DNA of 64,000 nucleotides from Escherichia coli (GTDB lineage Bacteria; Pseudomonadota; Gammaproteobacteria; Enterobacterales; Enterobacteriaceae): NCBI RefSeq assembly GCF_044647545.1, contig NZ_CP172818.1; one strand, 5' to 3'. Shown piece by piece: positions 61,821 to 64,000 of this stretch (position 1 is its first letter; each line of letters starts with the position of its first letter). The notes under the pieces were generated by a model. It saw only the letters and a program-made list of their open reading frames with translations, ran no database searches and was not told where the DNA came from. The position numbers and the translations under genes were made by a program.

Positions 61821-61836
61821 TGGACTAAACGGTCAA
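61821..61836. promoter_or_regulatory. Candidate RutR operator (imperfect)
   Basis: tggactaaacggtcaa compared with recalled RutR box TTGACCAnnTGGTCAA: right half-site GGTCAA intact, left half degenerate. Confidence 0.3.
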
Positions 61837-61942
61837 AACAGTTGCACATAAAACATGCATCCGTGCGCGATGAGAGTGCAGAAGGTCGAGGCCGGGCGGG
61901 GGTTTTGCTATCCTGTTGCCAATCTACAAGAGGGGAGAGCGC

Positions 61943-62581
61943 ATGACGCAAGGCGCAGTGAAAATAACGGGTAAACGTTCGCGCGCAGTAAGCGCGAAGA
62001 AAAAAGCGATTCTTAGCGCAGCACTGGACACTTTTTCACAATTCGGTTTTCACGGCACAAGGCTGGAGCAGATCGCAGAGTTGGCAGGCGTTTCAAAAAC
62101 CAATCTGCTGTATTACTTCCCGTCAAAAGAGGCGCTGTATATAGCCGTACTGCGGCAGATTCTCGATATCTGGCTGGCACCGTTAAAAGCGTTTCGTGAA
62201 GATTTCGCCCCGCTGGCGGCGATCAAAGAATACATCCGTCTGAAGCTGGAAGTTTCCCGCGATTATCCGCAGGCTTCGCGCCTGTTCTGTATGGAGATGC
62301 TGGCAGGCGCGCCGTTGTTAATGGATGAACTGACGGGCGATTTGAAGGCATTAATTGATGAGAAATCCGCGCTGATTGCCGGTTGGGTAAAAAGCGGCAA
62401 ACTCGCGCCGATTGACCCGCAGCATTTGATTTTTATGATTTGGGCTTCCACTCAACATTACGCCGATTTCGCCCCTCAGGTGGAGGCGGTGACAGGCGCG
62501 ACGTTGCGCGATGAGGTATTTTTCAATCAAACGGTTGAAAACGTGCAGCGGATTATTATTGAGGGGATTCGACCACGCTAA
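61943..62581 (+). CDS. rutR: TetR-family pyrimidine-utilisation regulator RutR
   Basis: 212-aa ORF from ATG at 61943 (MTQGAVKITGKRSRAVSAKKKAILSAALDTFSQFGFHGTRLEQIAELAGVSKTNLLYYF, HTH). Confidence 0.9.
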   Translation: MTQGAVKITGKRSRAVSAKKKAILSAALDTFSQFGFHGTRLEQIAELAGVSKTNLLYYFPSKEALYIAVLRQILDIWLAPLKAFREDFAPLAAIKEYIRLKLEVSRDYPQASRLFCMEMLAGAPLLMDELTGDLKALIDEKSALIAGWVKSGKLAPIDPQHLIFMIWASTQHYADFAPQVEAVTGATLRDEVFFNQTVENVQRIIIEGIRPR

Positions 62582-62620
62582 TGATGCCGGAGGAGGTTGT
62601 AACATCCTCCGGCTACCTGT

Positions 62621-64000
62621 TTAACCGATCGTCATTAAACTAGCGTTACCGCCAGCGGCAGCGGTATTCACACTCAGCGAACGTTCGATATACAGCCGTT
62701 CCAGCAGGATATTGCTTTCGCCACGGGCAAAACCCTGCACCGAAACAATTGCGCCATCCCGCGCGGCAACGGCTTCACACAATGCGCGAAGCTGATCCGA
62801 ATCACCGTGGAAGATCACCGCATCAAAGGGTTGAGCGGTTATATTTTCCGCTTTCGCCAGTTGAATACGTTCGCTGACTGCGGATGGCAATGCCTTCACT
62901 AACTGATGATGCAGCGTGTCATCCGGCCACAGTACCTGGCTGCCCACCGCCAGCACGGCGGCGAGCTGAGTCAGCGCATCCTGTTCATCATCCGCGATAC
63001 ACAATACGCGCTCACGCGGCAGCAGCGTCCAGGTGTTGCGTTCACCCGTCGGCCCTGGCAGCAATCGTTGTGTTCCTGCCTGCGCCAGCTCGCCATATTG
63101 CGTACATAACGCCTGCAATTCTGGACGATTTGCTGCCCATTCCCGCAGTGCATTTAGCGGCTGAGTCAATGCGGCTTTCAACTGCGCATCGACCGGATAC
63201 TCTGCATCCTGACGCGCGAGCGTCACCGCCAGCGCACTTTCCGGGCGATTCGCCAGCAGACGGTAGAGATAGAGTGGACCGCCTGCTTTCGGCCCGGTGC
63301 CAGACAACCCTTCGCCGCCGAACGGCTGCACCCCAACCACTGCGCCCACCATATTACGGTTAACATACAGGTTACCAACATGCGCCGAGCCAGTGACCTG
63401 GGCGATGGTTTCATCAATGCGCGTATGGACGCCAAGCGTCAGACCATAACCGGAAGCGTTAATCTGCTCGATCAGCGCCGGCAGCTGGTTACGGTTATAA
63501 CGCACCACATGCAGCACCGGACCAAAGACCTCTTTTTGCAATTCGGCAAAATCATCCAGTTCGATCAGCGTCGGAGCGACAAAGGTGCCGCTTTGCCATT
63601 CACGGGTATCTTCGCTGTTTTCCCGCACCGCCTGGAACACCTGACGGCCTTTACTACGCATGGTCTGAATATGACGCTCGATATTGGCTTTCGCTTCGCT
63701 ATCAATCACCGGACCGATATCGGTGGTCAGGCGACCCGGATTACCCATCCGGCATTCGGCCATTGCGCCGCGCAGCATTTTCAGCGTGTGGTCGGCAATC
63801 TCATCTTGCAGGCACAGCACGCGCAGTGCCGAACAACGCTGACCTGCACTGTCGAACGCCGAGGCCAGCACATCTATTACGACTTGTTCGGTCAGTGCTG
63901 AAGAATCGACAATCATCGCGTTCATGCCGCCGGTTTCAGCGATGAGCGGAATAGGGCGACCCTGAGCGTCCAGGCGGCTGGCGATATTGCGCTGCAGTAA
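62621..64000 (-). CDS. putA: Proline dehydrogenase / P5C dehydrogenase PutA, 3' portion (gene continues beyond window end)
   Basis: Frame stays open to the window edge upstream of the track's internal Met at 63925; aldehyde dehydrogenase-like sequence (FGGEGLSGTGPKAGGPLYL) and C-terminus ...AAAGGNASLMTIG. Confidence 0.9.
   Translation of the reverse strand, partial: LLQRNIASRLDAQGRPIPLIAETGGMNAMIVDSSALTEQVVIDVLASAFDSAGQRCSALRVLCLQDEIADHTLKMLRGAMAECRMGNPGRLTTDIGPVIDSEAKANIERHIQTMRSKGRQVFQAVRENSEDTREWQSGTFVAPTLIELDDFAELQKEVFGPVLHVVRYNRNQLPALIEQINASGYGLTLGVHTRIDETIAQVTGSAHVGNLYVNRNMVGAVVGVQPFGGEGLSGTGPKAGGPLYLYRLLANRPESALAVTLARQDAEYPVDAQLKAALTQPLNALREWAANRPELQALCTQYGELAQAGTQRLLPGPTGERNTWTLLPRERVLCIADDEQDALTQLAAVLAVGSQVLWPDDTLHHQLVKALPSAVSERIQLAKAENITAQPFDAVIFHGDSDQLRALCEAVAARDGAIVSVQGFARGESNILLERLYIERSLSVNTAAAGGNASLMTIG

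Overview
This window reads as an Escherichia coli K-12-like chromosomal segment running from the ycbU/ycbV/ycbF fimbrial genes through pyrD, the pqi, hya, app, tor and rut operons to the 3' part of putA. I recognise about 62 protein-coding genes and one tRNA (serT) from their translated sequences and gene order; this is from memory of the K-12 proteome, not a database search. Almost everything is ordinary, well-described core genome with intact reading frames. I did not find a novel multi-gene system. The one real discontinuity is between appA and cspH (about 38.54-38.84 kb): a roughly 260-bp block of about 85% GC DNA sits where K-12 carries the ~9-10 kb etk-etp-gfcEDCBA capsule locus plus an IS1, and appA has a 1-bp deletion that frameshifts its C-terminus into that block. 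This could be an engineered scar, a foreign fragment or an assembly chimera; BLAST and read-level support are needed to decide. The second point worth follow-up is yccE, an AT-rich uncharacterised gene whose product carries Cys and His motifs resembling the OTU cysteine-protease family. Known regulatory elements visible in the sequence include the LexA box at sulA, the four TorR decamer boxes between torR and torC, a sigma-54 promoter match upstream of rutA, REP elements and several terminators. No CRISPR array, prophage or intact IS element was seen.
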